Origin: Anaerolinea sp. | Lineage (GTDB): Bacteria > Chloroflexota > Anaerolineae > Anaerolineales > Villigracilaceae | Length of the DNA: 64,000 bases | Assembly: GCA_020047815.1 (NCBI GenBank) | Contig: JAIFNG010000015.1 | Coordinates: 2,048-66,047 of the forward strand | Reading direction: 5' to 3' | Part shown: positions 10,512 through 20,907 of the stretch, piece after piece | How positions within the stretch are numbered: position 1 is the stretch's first letter | Layout: each line of letters begins with the position of its first letter | The notes under the pieces: model-generated | Told to the model about the DNA's origin: nothing | Database searches by the model: none | Seen by the model: only the letters and a program-made list of their open reading frames with translations | Position numbers and translations under genes: made by a program

Positions 10512-12023
10512 ATGAAAACGCCATCAAAGATCAATACTTTTCTTGCTCAAAAATTCCAGCCGTCGTTGGGGAAAATCGAAAAATCAGGATTGTTCAAAAA
10601 ATATGGAAAAAAGACCTGGTGGGGACTTGCCCTTGTTTTAGTCCTGGCTACCGGGGGCGGCGCGATCTATTACCAGATGAACGCAAGTGAAGCCCAAACC
10701 ACTGAAACGGAATCCCTGCAAACCACAATTGCCAGAAAAAGTGACCTGGTAATTTATGCCAGCGGCACCGGCACATTGATCTCAATGGACGAGGTGGATC
10801 TGGGATTCAAATCCAGCGGACAGGTTTTGGAGATTAACGTGGAAGTCGGGGAAAAGGTCAGCGCAGGGGATGTGCTTGCGGTCATAGATGACTCTAGTGC
10901 GCAGGTTCAGTACAAACAAGCGAAGCGCAGCCTGCTCGAGATGACTTCCCCAGTTGCAGTTGCATCTGCTCAGGAAGCCGTCGCAGCGGCACAAACCGCC
11001 CTGGCAACTGCAAATAACCAACTTGCCTATCTAATCAGCCCTGCCGTTTATCGCTGGGAGATCGAAATTGAAACTTCAAAGCAGGCAGTGTCAGACGCAG
11101 AGGCTGCGCTGGAACTATCACCAAATGATGCAGACCTGAAGGAAAAACTGAATAAAGCTGAAGCCTACCTGGATTTCGCCGAAGACGAATTGAAGGGCAG
11201 CTGGTATTTCTATGATCATAATTATCTTCGAAACAACTTCACTGTTTGGGATAAAACCAGCGGCACAAAATATGTTGCAGCACCGACCGATGCTGATATT
11301 GCCGAATCGCGCGCAGGTGTGATGCAGGCAAAAGCCACACTGCAGGAGGCGGAATATCTCTATGCCGCTCTGACAGGAGGGGAAGTGCCGGAGGATGCCA
11401 CCGGCTCCGGGCTAAGTCAATTGGAACAGGCAAAACTTGACCTTGGAGATGCGGAAGTGGAACTTGCAGGCACAACCCTGGTCAGCCCCATCAACGGGAC
11501 AGTCATGTCCATCGACATCAGCAACGGCGATACAGTGGGCACGTCTTCCGTCATGACGGTCGCAGATCTAAGCCAGCAATATCTCGAAGTATTTATGGAC
11601 GAATCTGATTGGGCAAGCATCAATGTTGGATACCCTGTCGAAGTGATCTTCGATATTTTGCCTGACTCCATTTTTACTGGAATAGTGACACAAATTGATC
11701 CAGGCTTGTATACAGAGTCTGGTTCATCTGCCGTGCGGGCAATTGTGCAGCTAATGAATGTGGATGATGAAACTTTCAATCTGCCCCTTGGAACTAGCGC
11801 TGCAGTGGATGTGATCGGCGGCGAAGCAACTGACGCGATCCTTATTCCAATAGAAGCACTGCACGACGCGGGGAATGGTCAATATGCCGTGTTCGTGATG
11901 ACCAATGGCGAGCCGCGCCTGCATATTGTGGAAATCGGCATTAAAGACCTGTCTTCAGTCGAGATCACCTCCGGGCTCGAGCAGGGTGATGTGATCACCA
12001 CAGGCATTGCGGAGACCCAATGA
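10512..12023 (+). CDS. Efflux periplasmic adaptor / membrane-fusion protein (MacA/HlyD family)
   Basis: N-terminal TM, lipoyl halves ([15 protein letters not shown]; SPINGTV), coiled coil, SGLEQGDVI. Confidence 0.9.
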   Translation: MKTPSKINTFLAQKFQPSLGKIEKSGLFKKYGKKTWWGLALVLVLATGGGAIYYQMNASEAQTTETESLQTTIARKSDLVIYASGTGTLISMDEVDLGFKSSGQVLEINVEVGEKVSAGDVLAVIDDSSAQVQYKQAKRSLLEMTSPVAVASAQEAVAAAQTALATANNQLAYLISPAVYRWEIEIETSKQAVSDAEAALELSPNDADLKEKLNKAEAYLDFAEDELKGSWYFYDHNYLRNNFTVWDKTSGTKYVAAPTDADIAESRAGVMQAKATLQEAEYLYAALTGGEVPEDATGSGLSQLEQAKLDLGDAEVELAGTTLVSPINGTVMSIDISNGDTVGTSSVMTVADLSQQYLEVFMDESDWASINVGYPVEVIFDILPDSIFTGIVTQIDPGLYTESGSSAVRAIVQLMNVDDETFNLPLGTSAAVDVIGGEATDAILIPIEALHDAGNGQYAVFVMTNGEPRLHIVEIGIKDLSSVEITSGLEQGDVITTGIAETQ

Positions 12024-12766
12024 ACGACAGGCGTAAGATCATCGAAACCGTCGATATCACCAAGATCTACGGCATGGGTGACGTCAGTGTTGCCGCATTG
12101 AATGGTGTCAGCATCACCATTGAAGCAGGAGAGTTCGTGGCGATCATGGGGCAGTCCGGCTCAGGCAAAAGCACATTAATGCATATCCTGGGTTGCCTAT
12201 CCCGACCAACCTCAGGAGAGTATTTTTTGGACGGTGAGAATGTCAGCCAGTTGGATAAGGTTCAACTGGCTGGTGTCCGCAACCGTAAGATCGGCTTTAT
12301 CTTTCAATCATACAACCTGCTCGCACGAACATCCGCTTTACGAAATGTAACCCTGCCTTTGCTCTACGACCATGCAAATCCACGGACCATGAAAGAAGCC
12401 GATACAAAAGCGGAGAAATTACTGGAAATGGTAGGGTTGACGGGGCGTATTCACCACCAGCCTCATGAACTCTCCGGCGGACAACAACAGCGGGTTGCCA
12501 TCGCCCGCTCCCTGATCAATGACCCCGTACTTGTCATTGGTGATGAACCAACAGGCAATCTCGACAGCCGTTCCGGAGAAGAGATCATGCACCTCCTGCA
12601 CACATTACACGCAAATGGCACCACCATAGTCATGGTCACACATGATCAGAAGATCGCAGCACACACGCAGCGTACCGTTCATTTGCTGGATGGTCTGGTG
12701 GATACCATCACACATAACGGACACAATGATATGCAAGAAAGGAAGGCACAAAATGAGGTTGTCTGA
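12020..12766 (+). CDS. ABC transporter ATP-binding protein (MacB/LolD type)
   Basis: [25 protein letters not shown]. Confidence 0.95.
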   Translation: MNDRRKIIETVDITKIYGMGDVSVAALNGVSITIEAGEFVAIMGQSGSGKSTLMHILGCLSRPTSGEYFLDGENVSQLDKVQLAGVRNRKIGFIFQSYNLLARTSALRNVTLPLLYDHANPRTMKEADTKAEKLLEMVGLTGRIHHQPHELSGGQQQRVAIARSLINDPVLVIGDEPTGNLDSRSGEEIMHLLHTLHANGTTIVMVTHDQKIAAHTQRTVHLLDGLVDTITHNGHNDMQERKAQNEVV

Positions 12767-13979
12767 AGCCGCACACATCGCATGGGAAGCGATCCTTAAA
12801 AATAAAGTGCGTTCCTTTCTCACCATGCTTGGCATCATTATCGGCGTGGCAGCGGTCATTATCATGGTCGGCATCAGCGCCGGCACCGAGGCCACTATTC
12901 AGGAACAGATCACTTCACTCGGCTCAAATCTTATCTTTGTGCAAGGCGCAATGACACGCGGCGGACCTGGCCGGGCTCCAACCGGCGGCTTGGTATTCGA
13001 TGATGCCGCGGCTATACAGGACAGCGTAAGCGGCGTGACCTCGGTGGTAGTAGAGCAGAATGCGAGTGCCAATGTGAAATATGGTGACCTGACACTTGAA
13101 AGCATATCCATTCTCGGCACAACCTCAGGCTTTCCCTCAGTACGCGATATGGATCTTGCTGACGGACGTTATTTCACAGACAAGGACATTGAACGCAAAC
13201 AAAAAATGGTTGTGTTGGGTTCTTCAATTGCAGAAGAACTGTTCGGAGCAGATGACCCCATTAACCAGATCATTAAAGTTGGCACGATCAAGATGACCGT
13301 GATCGGCGTGATGGCAGAGAAAGGGATCATCGGCAACACAGATTACGACTCATATGTCTTTATGCCCATCACTGTTGTATTCCAAAAATTCACACCCTCC
13401 ATGTTCGCCCGCATCATGGGTGACAGTATCCGCATGATCTATGTGGAAGTTGACCCCGACAAAAATATTGATGACATCATCACCCAGGTTGAACTTTTGC
13501 TTGTCAAACGACATGACCTGACACTCGACACTGCAGACTTCACAGTTACCACGCAACAGGACATTATCTCGACACAGGAATCCACCACCTCGGCTTTTCG
13601 TTCCCTGCTGGCATGGGTGGCTGGCGTCTCGCTCATCGTCGGCGGTATTGGCATCATGAACATCATGCTTGTCAGCGTCACTGAGCGCACACGTGAGATC
13701 GGCATCAGACAGGCAGTAGGCGCTACACCAGACGACATTCGACTGCAATTTCTAACCGAAGCGCTCATGCTGAGTATTGTCGGCGGGTTGATCGGCATCA
13801 TTGTTGGTATCGGCGGAGCATATATTTTCGGTGCACTCAGCGACATGCGGACTGTGGTTCAATTTGGATCAATCGTGCTGGCTTTCAGTTCAGCCGCCAC
13901 CGTTGGCGCGTTCTTTGGATATTACCCCGCAAACCAGGCAGCAAAACTCGACCCCATTGATGCCTTGAGATATGAATAA
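12753..13979 (+). CDS. ABC transporter permease (MacB/FtsX type)
   Basis: [46 protein letters not shown] 12753 chosen as start. Confidence 0.93.
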   Translation: MRLSEAAHIAWEAILKNKVRSFLTMLGIIIGVAAVIIMVGISAGTEATIQEQITSLGSNLIFVQGAMTRGGPGRAPTGGLVFDDAAAIQDSVSGVTSVVVEQNASANVKYGDLTLESISILGTTSGFPSVRDMDLADGRYFTDKDIERKQKMVVLGSSIAEELFGADDPINQIIKVGTIKMTVIGVMAEKGIIGNTDYDSYVFMPITVVFQKFTPSMFARIMGDSIRMIYVEVDPDKNIDDIITQVELLLVKRHDLTLDTADFTVTTQQDIISTQESTTSAFRSLLAWVAGVSLIVGGIGIMNIMLVSVTERTREIGIRQAVGATPDDIRLQFLTEALMLSIVGGLIGIIVGIGGAYIFGALSDMRTVVQFGSIVLAFSSAATVGAFFGYYPANQAAKLDPIDALRYE

Positions 13980-14037
13980 TACTTTGTATATGAATTGCCG
14001 GTTAGAAACCTGCTCAACTCCAAAAAGGAATTACTCC

Positions 14038-14646
14038 ATGAACAAGAAAATCTTATTGACCATCCTGATCTCACTGACGCTGACCGCCTGCTCCTACAAG
14101 TTCGGGACAAGTAGTTCTACTTCGATCGGCGCTCCTTCCACTGGTGAATTACCTGCACAGACCAAACTTATCCTCGGCGTGATCAATCTCAAATCAGAAA
14201 ATGCCATCACCGCCCAACAGGCCAAGGTTTTACTACCCATGTTCTATGTTTTACGGGACCTTAACGAAAGCGATACCGCAGCGCAGGAAGAGATTAATGG
14301 ACTCGTCTCTCAAATTCAGGAAACGCTGACCCCAGTCCAGGTCCAAGCCATCGAAGCCATGTCTCTTACCAGACAGGATATGTTCGCGATCATCCGGGGC
14401 GGCAATGGAGGAACCGGCACAACGGAAACCACTGCCACTACCGGTAGAAATGAAATGGGCGGACCTCCAGAGATGGGCGGAGGTATACCCGGCGGCGGAA
14501 TACCCGGGGGTGGGATGTCCGGCGCCGGATCATCCACAACATCGGAAAACAATGCTGAAAGCGCCAGACCTGCCATGGACACCGGTACCCCCAGTGCTTT
14601 ATTCGATGCAATTATCAAACTTCTGGAAAAGAAAATAACACAATGA
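14038..14646 (+). CDS. Hypothetical lipoprotein with a Gly/Pro-rich linker
   Basis: Lipobox LTACS; AAGGA SD before ATG 14038. Confidence 0.75.
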   Translation: MNKKILLTILISLTLTACSYKFGTSSSTSIGAPSTGELPAQTKLILGVINLKSENAITAQQAKVLLPMFYVLRDLNESDTAAQEEINGLVSQIQETLTPVQVQAIEAMSLTRQDMFAIIRGGNGGTGTTETTATTGRNEMGGPPEMGGGIPGGGIPGGGMSGAGSSTTSENNAESARPAMDTGTPSALFDAIIKLLEKKITQ

Positions 14647-14728
14647 TGAACAGAAATCTCCCACTAAAAACCGCCATGATAGTACATAATAATAGCCTGA
14701 TGGATATCCCAAAGATGAAGGCGTACCA

Positions 14729-15379
14729 GTGAAAAGATGCCAGTTGACAGTATTGGCGCTCACACTGATCTTCAGTGCATGCAGCAATGCAACCACCAAA
14801 TCGTCAACAGACCTTGATATTTCAGGCCTGCATGATTCTGAAACACCAACGTCAGGCATCCAGATGATAATGTCCACAACCACGTCTTCCCCTGAACCCA
14901 CAGGGACTATGCCCCCCATCTTGACATCCTCCCCCGACATTGCCACGCCCGCCTCAATTGCTCCAACTCAGGGATCGATAAACAATAACCCGTCCGGTCT
15001 TTGGGAAGTCTCCACCGCGCCCATTCAGGTTGATCACAACCTTTGTGAAAATTCAGCCTACATCGAGGATGCCAGTATTCCTGATGGAACCGTACTTGCG
15101 CCCGGCGAAATATTTGTCAAATCCTGGGTGCTCGAAAACACCGGTTTTTGCACATGGAAAGACAGCTACATGCTGATGTTTTACGAAGGAGATCCCATGT
15201 CCGGGCAGAATACCGAGATCAATAAAACCATCGCGTCGGGCAGGCAGGCAAAAATCTCCATTGAATTGACCGCGCCCAACTCTGAAGGAACTTACACAGG
15301 GTATTGGATCATGGCGAATCAATATGGCACCCCCTTTGGTATGCCGTTTTATGTTCAGATCATTGTAATAAATGAATAG
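14729..15379 (+). CDS. Lipoprotein with an NBR1-like Ig (FW) domain
   Basis: Lipobox FSACS, Pro/Thr linker, DGTVLAPGEIFVKSWVLENTGFCTW...GYW. Confidence 0.82.
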   Translation: MKRCQLTVLALTLIFSACSNATTKSSTDLDISGLHDSETPTSGIQMIMSTTTSSPEPTGTMPPILTSSPDIATPASIAPTQGSINNNPSGLWEVSTAPIQVDHNLCENSAYIEDASIPDGTVLAPGEIFVKSWVLENTGFCTWKDSYMLMFYEGDPMSGQNTEINKTIASGRQAKISIELTAPNSEGTYTGYWIMANQYGTPFGMPFYVQIIVINE

Positions 15380-15441
15380 CACCTGGTCAAAATGCAATCA
15401 TTTATCAAACAAAATCAAAACTTGTTATACTGGAAATTAAT

Positions 15442-16125
15442 ATGCCGCAAACCATTCTGATCGTAGATGATGAAAAACGCCTTGTCTCCCTGGTTGAAAG
15501 TTACCTGACACAGGAGGGGTATCGTGTTAGCACTGCTTACAACGGCAGGGAAGCACTGACAGTTGTCCAAAAAGAAAAACCTGACTTGATCATCCTCGAC
15601 ATCATGATGCCAGAAATGAACGGATATGATTTTATGCGCATCCACCGCACCAAGCACGATACCCCGATCATCATGCTGACCGCCAAAGTGGAGGATGATG
15701 ACAAGATCATTGGTCTTGAGCTTGGCGCGGATGATTATGTCGTCAAACCGTTCAAGCCGCGTGAACTCATGGCGCGTGTGAGAAATGTACTGCGCCGCGC
15801 AGGAAAATCTGAACCTGTGGGAAAAACCCTCAAAGTGACGGATATTATTTTAGACCGCGACAGCCGCGAAGTAATGGTTGGTGAACGTAATATTGACCTT
15901 ACCCCATCCGAATTTGACCTGCTTGCTGCCATCATGGCAAGCCCGGGACGCGTTTTTTCGCGCCTGGACCTGCTGGATGTGATCCAGGGTGTGCGCTACG
16001 AAGGTTACGAACGCACGATTGACACACATGTCAAAAACCTGCGGGCGAAATTGGAGGATGACCCGCGCAATCCACGTCACATCGAAACCGTGTATGGCGT
16101 GGGATACCGCCTGAGCAAAGGATGA
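15442..16125 (+). CDS. OmpR/PhoB family response regulator
   Basis: VDDE, LDIMMP, GADDYVVKPF and winged helix (ETVYGVGY). Confidence 0.96.
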   Translation: MPQTILIVDDEKRLVSLVESYLTQEGYRVSTAYNGREALTVVQKEKPDLIILDIMMPEMNGYDFMRIHRTKHDTPIIMLTAKVEDDDKIIGLELGADDYVVKPFKPRELMARVRNVLRRAGKSEPVGKTLKVTDIILDRDSREVMVGERNIDLTPSEFDLLAAIMASPGRVFSRLDLLDVIQGVRYEGYERTIDTHVKNLRAKLEDDPRNPRHIETVYGVGYRLSKG

Positions 16126-17474
16126 AAATGAAGCTCACCACAAAGTTAATCCTTGCATTTCTTCTGGTCAGCCTGTTCAGCACGGCGATCATTGTCATCT
16201 TTACGCGCGTTGCCACCAACCGCGAATTCGATAAATTTGTCAACAACCAGTATGAAGCCGACCTTGTGGTGCAACTTGTAAATTATTACCAGGAGAGTCA
16301 AACATGGGAAGGTGTCGAAAAAACGATAAGACGTGATCGTAATGAAGGGCGCCCATTGTTTTTTTCGATCGCAGATGCGGAGAGGAAAATCATTGTAGCA
16401 GGCATGGAGCACCGCGTGGGAGAGACTGTCAGCATTGAAGAACTCAATGCCGGCACCCAGATCCAGGCGGAAAATGAAACGATTGGCATTCTTTTAATCA
16501 ACACCCCGCCCGATAGGAATCCGCTTGAAGCAGAATTCATCCGCCGCCTGAGCGGTTCAATTTATCTCAGTGCCATCGCAACAATTATTATTGCATTCAT
16601 CCTGGGAGCGATCCTTTCAGGCACCATCACCCGCCCCATCCGGGAGTTAACCAAGGCCACCCATGAAATGGCAGATGGAAAATTTGGCAGGCAGGTGCCT
16701 GTGCGCTCACGCGATGAGATCGGAGAACTTGCCTCCTCCTTCAATAAAATGAACAATGACCTGGCACACTCCTTCAATCTTCGAAAACAAATGACCGCTG
16801 ACATTGCCCATGAACTTCGCACGCCGCTCAGCCTGATCATCGGACACGCCGAAGCTGTACACGACGGAGTCCTGCCTGCCACAAAGGAAAATTTTGAGAT
16901 CATCCGAGAAGAAGCCAACAGACTTGAACAACTCGTCAACGATTTGCGTACTTTGTCGCTGGCCGATGCGGGCGAGCTTTCGGTGGATCTTCAGCAAGTT
17001 GATATCAATACACTTTTGGGGGAGGTCAAAGCGCATTACATGATGCAGTTTAACCAGAAACACATCACCCTCGAACTCAGCCCCCATGTAACAACCCGTG
17101 ACGGTACAGGACCTGTTCCCCTACAGACAAATCTTGACCCGATCCGGTTTTCACAAGTTCTCACGAATATATTGGATAACGCCCTGCGCTACACCCCCGA
17201 AGGAGGTCGCGTTGATATTTCAACCAGGATCAACGACGGTCAGATCGAGATCGCCATTCAAGACAGCGGGGAGGGTGTCACTGGTGAAGACGCCGCGCAT
17301 CTCTTTGACCGTTTCTATCGCGCTGACGCATCCCGCACCCGCGACGAAGGCGGATCGGGTCTGGGTCTTGCCATTGCCAAATCCATTGTGGAAATGCACA
17401 AAGGAAAGATCTGGGCAGAAAGCGAAGCCGGCAAAGGATTGAAAGTATTTATTCAACTGCCTCTATCAAAATGA
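16122..17474 (+). CDS. Sensor histidine kinase (BaeS-like, HAMP)
   Basis: Two TMs, HAMP, AHELRTPL, NILDNALRY, GSGLGL. Confidence 0.95.
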   Translation: MKMKLTTKLILAFLLVSLFSTAIIVIFTRVATNREFDKFVNNQYEADLVVQLVNYYQESQTWEGVEKTIRRDRNEGRPLFFSIADAERKIIVAGMEHRVGETVSIEELNAGTQIQAENETIGILLINTPPDRNPLEAEFIRRLSGSIYLSAIATIIIAFILGAILSGTITRPIRELTKATHEMADGKFGRQVPVRSRDEIGELASSFNKMNNDLAHSFNLRKQMTADIAHELRTPLSLIIGHAEAVHDGVLPATKENFEIIREEANRLEQLVNDLRTLSLADAGELSVDLQQVDINTLLGEVKAHYMMQFNQKHITLELSPHVTTRDGTGPVPLQTNLDPIRFSQVLTNILDNALRYTPEGGRVDISTRINDGQIEIAIQDSGEGVTGEDAAHLFDRFYRADASRTRDEGGSGLGLAIAKSIVEMHKGKIWAESEAGKGLKVFIQLPLSK

Positions 17475-17556
17475 TATGGAAGGATGGAATATCAGGATCT
17501 CCGCCTAAAAGCTGCTGAATATCGCAGATAGGTAGATTTCATATCCGCCCGCAATA

Positions 17557-17598
17557 TAAATTATGAAGGCGCCCCGCTTGGGGCGCCTTCATAATTTA
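17557..17598. terminator. Bidirectional terminator
   Basis: Perfect 19-bp inverted repeat TAAATTATGAAGGCGCCCC-gctt-GGGGCGCCTTCATAATTTA between convergent genes. Confidence 0.85.
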
Positions 17599-17961
17599 AA
17601 CCTCGCCTTTTACAGAATTGACTGCCACCTGTATCCTTTTCTTCTTTCCCAGACTTCTTGGCAGGGCAATGACAGTAACCACTAAAGCCATCACACCCAC
17701 ATTTTTAAGCAGACCAAAAATCCAACGTGAGCCACCTGCACCACCTCTCCCGCCGCGCTCACCTCTTACTTCACCGCCTCCAGGCCGGATCCCATCGCCA
17801 TCCTCATCTCCATCGCCTTCGGTTCGAAACTGGGATGGTGCGCCATCAAAATCTGAAGATGCTATCGATTGTTGTCCATTGGCGTTGACTGCCGCCACCA
17901 TCAATCCAGACAGGACAGAAAATATCGCCAGGATAAGCAAAATACGTCCGATGGTTTTCAT
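17596..17961 (-). CDS. Hypothetical two-TM membrane protein
   Basis: Two hydrophobic segments around a Gly/acidic loop; overlaps the upstream gene by 4 nt. Confidence 0.65.
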   Translation of the reverse strand: MKTIGRILLILAIFSVLSGLMVAAVNANGQQSIASSDFDGAPSQFRTEGDGDEDGDGIRPGGGEVRGERGGRGGAGGSRWIFGLLKNVGVMALVVTVIALPRSLGKKKRIQVAVNSVKGEV

Positions 17962-18476
17962 ATGGAAGCATCCTCCTTCTGCCTAGCAGGGATCCATCTC
18001 ACAACAGGCCGGATCAGGTACTTGTTGAATGCGATCACAATCCAACTCCAATGCAGGGCCGTATGAATGCCCAGGAGCAGTAAACCGATATTTGCCGACA
18101 TGTCATGCAGTCTGCGCCAGGCAAAATCCGCAGGAAATTGAATACCCATAACAGGTAAAACCACCTCGGAAATCATGGTGCCTGAGATCATGATCATGGT
18201 GCCGTCAATGAACAACAGCCAGTTAACAATGTAGTTGATTCGGTTCTGTCCGCCAACCTTCCCCAGAAAACGTTTTGATATTTCCACGATCCAATCCCAA
18301 CTCAAGAGCAGATGGATGGTCAAAGTGGCGATCATCGCCAGGCTGAGCCATTCGTGTATTGCAATTCCACTTGAGTGCGGATCCATGGTAACCAGAAACG
18401 CTACAAAAATCAGGACATCCAGCCATAGTTTGGTCTTTGTTTGAGGGGTTGAATTTTTTTGCACTTCGTTTGTCAT
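17958..18476 (-). CDS. DUF4405 / cytochrome b-like membrane protein
   Basis: TM helices with His pairs IHEWL..IHLLL and RLH..IHTALHW. Confidence 0.75.
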   Translation of the reverse strand: MTNEVQKNSTPQTKTKLWLDVLIFVAFLVTMDPHSSGIAIHEWLSLAMIATLTIHLLLSWDWIVEISKRFLGKVGGQNRINYIVNWLLFIDGTMIMISGTMISEVVLPVMGIQFPADFAWRRLHDMSANIGLLLLGIHTALHWSWIVIAFNKYLIRPVVRWIPARQKEDASI

Positions 18477-18534
18477 AAGTTCTCCTTAATTCATATCATT
18501 CTCCAACATTCTAAGGCCGGGAAGCACGTTATGG

Positions 18535-18572
18535 GTGGATGAATTGCGAAAGAATTATGAAGAACTTGTAAA
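18535..18572 (-). promoter_or_regulatory. Approximately 11-bp-periodic repeats upstream of the DUF4405 gene
   Basis: Minus strand TTTACAAGTTC-TTCATAATTC-TTTCGCAATTC-ATCCAC; TAGAAT at 18513-18508. Confidence 0.4.
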
Positions 18573-18612
18573 ATCCCTTAAAACATAAAATCGATGTGTT
18601 TTAAACCAACCG

Positions 18613-19248
18613 TCAGATCTTGACTATTGTCTCCCTGGTTTCGATCACTTCAGCTTGCAATCTCCCCGCAGATAGCTCACGCATGCCGTGTTGAAATGCC
18701 TCAAAATCATTTACCGGAATTTGGATCGTCAGTGTAATATCCCCTGCAAAGTCCTCCCCAAGGATTTCGCCGTGATGGCGAGCCGACAAGAGACGTACAC
18801 GCTCCAATAGGTTATACGGGATTGCCAGCATCATTACATGGACCTCAATGCGATTTCCGCGCTCGACGGCACTGACCACTAACTGTGCCGATTCAGTGTA
18901 CGCCTTGACCAGTCCACCTGTACCCAGCAGTGCGCCTCCAAAATATCGGGTAACGACCAGTACCACATCCCCAAGCCCACTGCCTCGCAGGACAGCCAGC
19001 GCGGGCTTGCCTGATGTCCCCGCAGGCTCGCCATCATCTGAAAAATACTCCGTCACCGTATTTCCACCACCGATGATATACACAGGGACATTATGAGTTG
19101 CATCCACAAATTCCTTTTTAATGCGCGCCATAAAAAGCCGCGCTTCGTCAATTGAGAAAGCAGGCGCGAGGGTGGCAATAAAACGGGAATTCACCACCAC
19201 ATGCTCTCGGCGGATCTCAATCAGGGGAACGGTATAGGGTCTGGTCAT
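18613..19248 (-). CDS. yigZ: YigZ/IMPACT family protein
   Basis: SRFIA, ATHN, SDDGEPAGTSGKP, VTRYFGGALLGTGGLVKAY. Confidence 0.93.
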   Translation of the reverse strand: MTRPYTVPLIEIRREHVVVNSRFIATLAPAFSIDEARLFMARIKKEFVDATHNVPVYIIGGGNTVTEYFSDDGEPAGTSGKPALAVLRGSGLGDVVLVVTRYFGGALLGTGGLVKAYTESAQLVVSAVERGNRIEVHVMMLAIPYNLLERVRLLSARHHGEILGEDFAGDITLTIQIPVNDFEAFQHGMRELSAGRLQAEVIETRETIVKI

Positions 19249-19265
19249 GGCCGGATCGTAATAAT

Positions 19266-19294
19266 TTGCTATTTCACTGGGAATCGAGTATAGT
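19266..19294 (+). promoter_or_regulatory. Sigma70-type promoter for the CarD-like gene
   Basis: TTGCTA-17 nt-TATAGT. Confidence 0.45.
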
Positions 19295-19498
19295 AATTAT
19301 AGTCGTAATGAAAACGGCTTCCAAGGCTTAACTTCCTTCCCGTAGAAATATATCTGGCACATATTTTTCAAAATATTCAGAGGCGGCTCCATGGTGACCG
19401 CCTCTATGTCTTAATTAACCCACACCGCATACCTTTGAATTCAAGTGTGGTCACTGCGTCAATCTTCTTCTTTCCACCAATTATTACAGGAGACACTT

Positions 19499-19993
19499 AT
19501 GAACTTCCAGGAAGGTGATCCAGTCATGCACTGGGCTTATGGGTTTGGACAGGTCGTCCAGCTTGAAGAACGGGATATATCCGGCTCAAAGGTTTTATAC
19601 TATGCGGTTCAGGTGAGGGATCTGACCGTCTGGGTACCTGCAGACAGCAAACTCGAAAGCCGATTGCGGGCTCCAACCTCCCAAACCAAATTCAAGCAAC
19701 TGCTTGCCATTTTATCCAGTCCAGGTGAACCACTCCCGGAAGACCGGCATGAACGCAAAACCCGCCTGATGGAGTTATTGAAGGATGGACGCACAGAATC
19801 ACTATGCCGTACGATCCGCGATCTTTCCGCCTTCCAGAAGACCCGTTCACTGAATGACAGTGACCAGATCGTTCTAAAACAGTCAAGGAGCACCCTGCTT
19901 GGTGAGTGGGAATTTGTTTTGTCCATTCCCCACGCCCAGGCAGAGATTGAATTGCAGCACCTCTTGACGCCTTCAATGGAAATCGAGAAATAA
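19499..19993 (+). CDS. CarD-like/TRCF-domain transcriptional regulator
   Basis: MNFQEGDPVMHWAYGFGQV...LTVWVP...LR; AGGAG SD before ATG 19499. Confidence 0.8.
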   Translation: MNFQEGDPVMHWAYGFGQVVQLEERDISGSKVLYYAVQVRDLTVWVPADSKLESRLRAPTSQTKFKQLLAILSSPGEPLPEDRHERKTRLMELLKDGRTESLCRTIRDLSAFQKTRSLNDSDQIVLKQSRSTLLGEWEFVLSIPHAQAEIELQHLLTPSMEIEK

Positions 19994-20148
19994 CATACAC
20001 CGAGATGATAAGCCCGCGCAATATGTTTGTTAATGTTAGTCTTTCGGACTTCCCAGGCACAAGGGTAACAGAAAAACTTGCGAAGAAAAACTTGGATCGA
20101 AAAAATACCCTGGCAGGTTTTTTGTAAAAAAAACCCGCCAGTGCTGTA

Positions 20149-20838
20149 TTATTGCCGCAATTTGCATTCTTTTTCCGCTTCATCCCACTCGCAGGCAAAG
20201 GAATTTTGGAGGCATTTTGATTTTTTGACGAACTTATAGCACTCTGTTACGCAGCTTGTGGTTGTGAAATTGGTCGCCATACAGTTCTGGTTAAGTTGTA
20301 TGAATTCCTGCGTGCAGCATCCCTGGCGATCGTTATAGCTGTACCCTTGTGGGCATTGCGTGATCTCTGCCTGAACAGTTGGAATGACGCAAGCCGGGTC
20401 ACACACTTGAACTACAAATTGCGATGCCATTTGTCCCGTACATGTCACCATCTGCTTGCCATTTTTCTTGCCCGCATCTGAACACCTGAATCCCTTTGTA
20501 AGTACTTCATAGGTCAACCCTTCATTAAAAAGGATCAAATTATAAGGTTTTTTCTCTGAACAAAAAGTGCTGCTCTCCTCAGCCAACAGAACCTGGCACT
20601 GGACAGAAGGCGAGGCAGTCGCAGCGCCTTCTCCACAGAAAGGCGCAAATTCTGGTGTCGCTGATGCAGTTGAAACTGACTCGGTGGGAGCAACGGTCGG
20701 CGTAGGCGTCGCGGTTTCGGTCGGAACGGCAGTCGGGACTGATGTACCTGGACTCGTCTGCGAGATGATCAAATTGCAAGCTGCAGTGCTTATAATTAAC
20801 AATGAACCCGTAAAAACGATCGAGAAGATTTTATGCAT
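20149..20838 (-). CDS. Cysteine-rich lipoprotein
   Basis: Lipobox TAAC, Pro/Thr linker, 16 further Cys; AAGGAG SD. Confidence 0.75.
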   Translation of the reverse strand: MHKIFSIVFTGSLLIISTAACNLIISQTSPGTSVPTAVPTETATPTPTVAPTESVSTASATPEFAPFCGEGAATASPSVQCQVLLAEESSTFCSEKKPYNLILFNEGLTYEVLTKGFRCSDAGKKNGKQMVTCTGQMASQFVVQVCDPACVIPTVQAEITQCPQGYSYNDRQGCCTQEFIQLNQNCMATNFTTTSCVTECYKFVKKSKCLQNSFACEWDEAEKECKLRQ

Positions 20839-20907
20839 GATAACGTCTCCTTAAGATTCTTAAAAGCATTATACAGAATATGCACCTGAATTGACAACCA
20901 TATCCCT

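Noticed and set aside
14470-14520. Tandem GGCGG..ATACCC repeat
   Set aside because: It encodes the GGGIP low-complexity linker of the lipoprotein.
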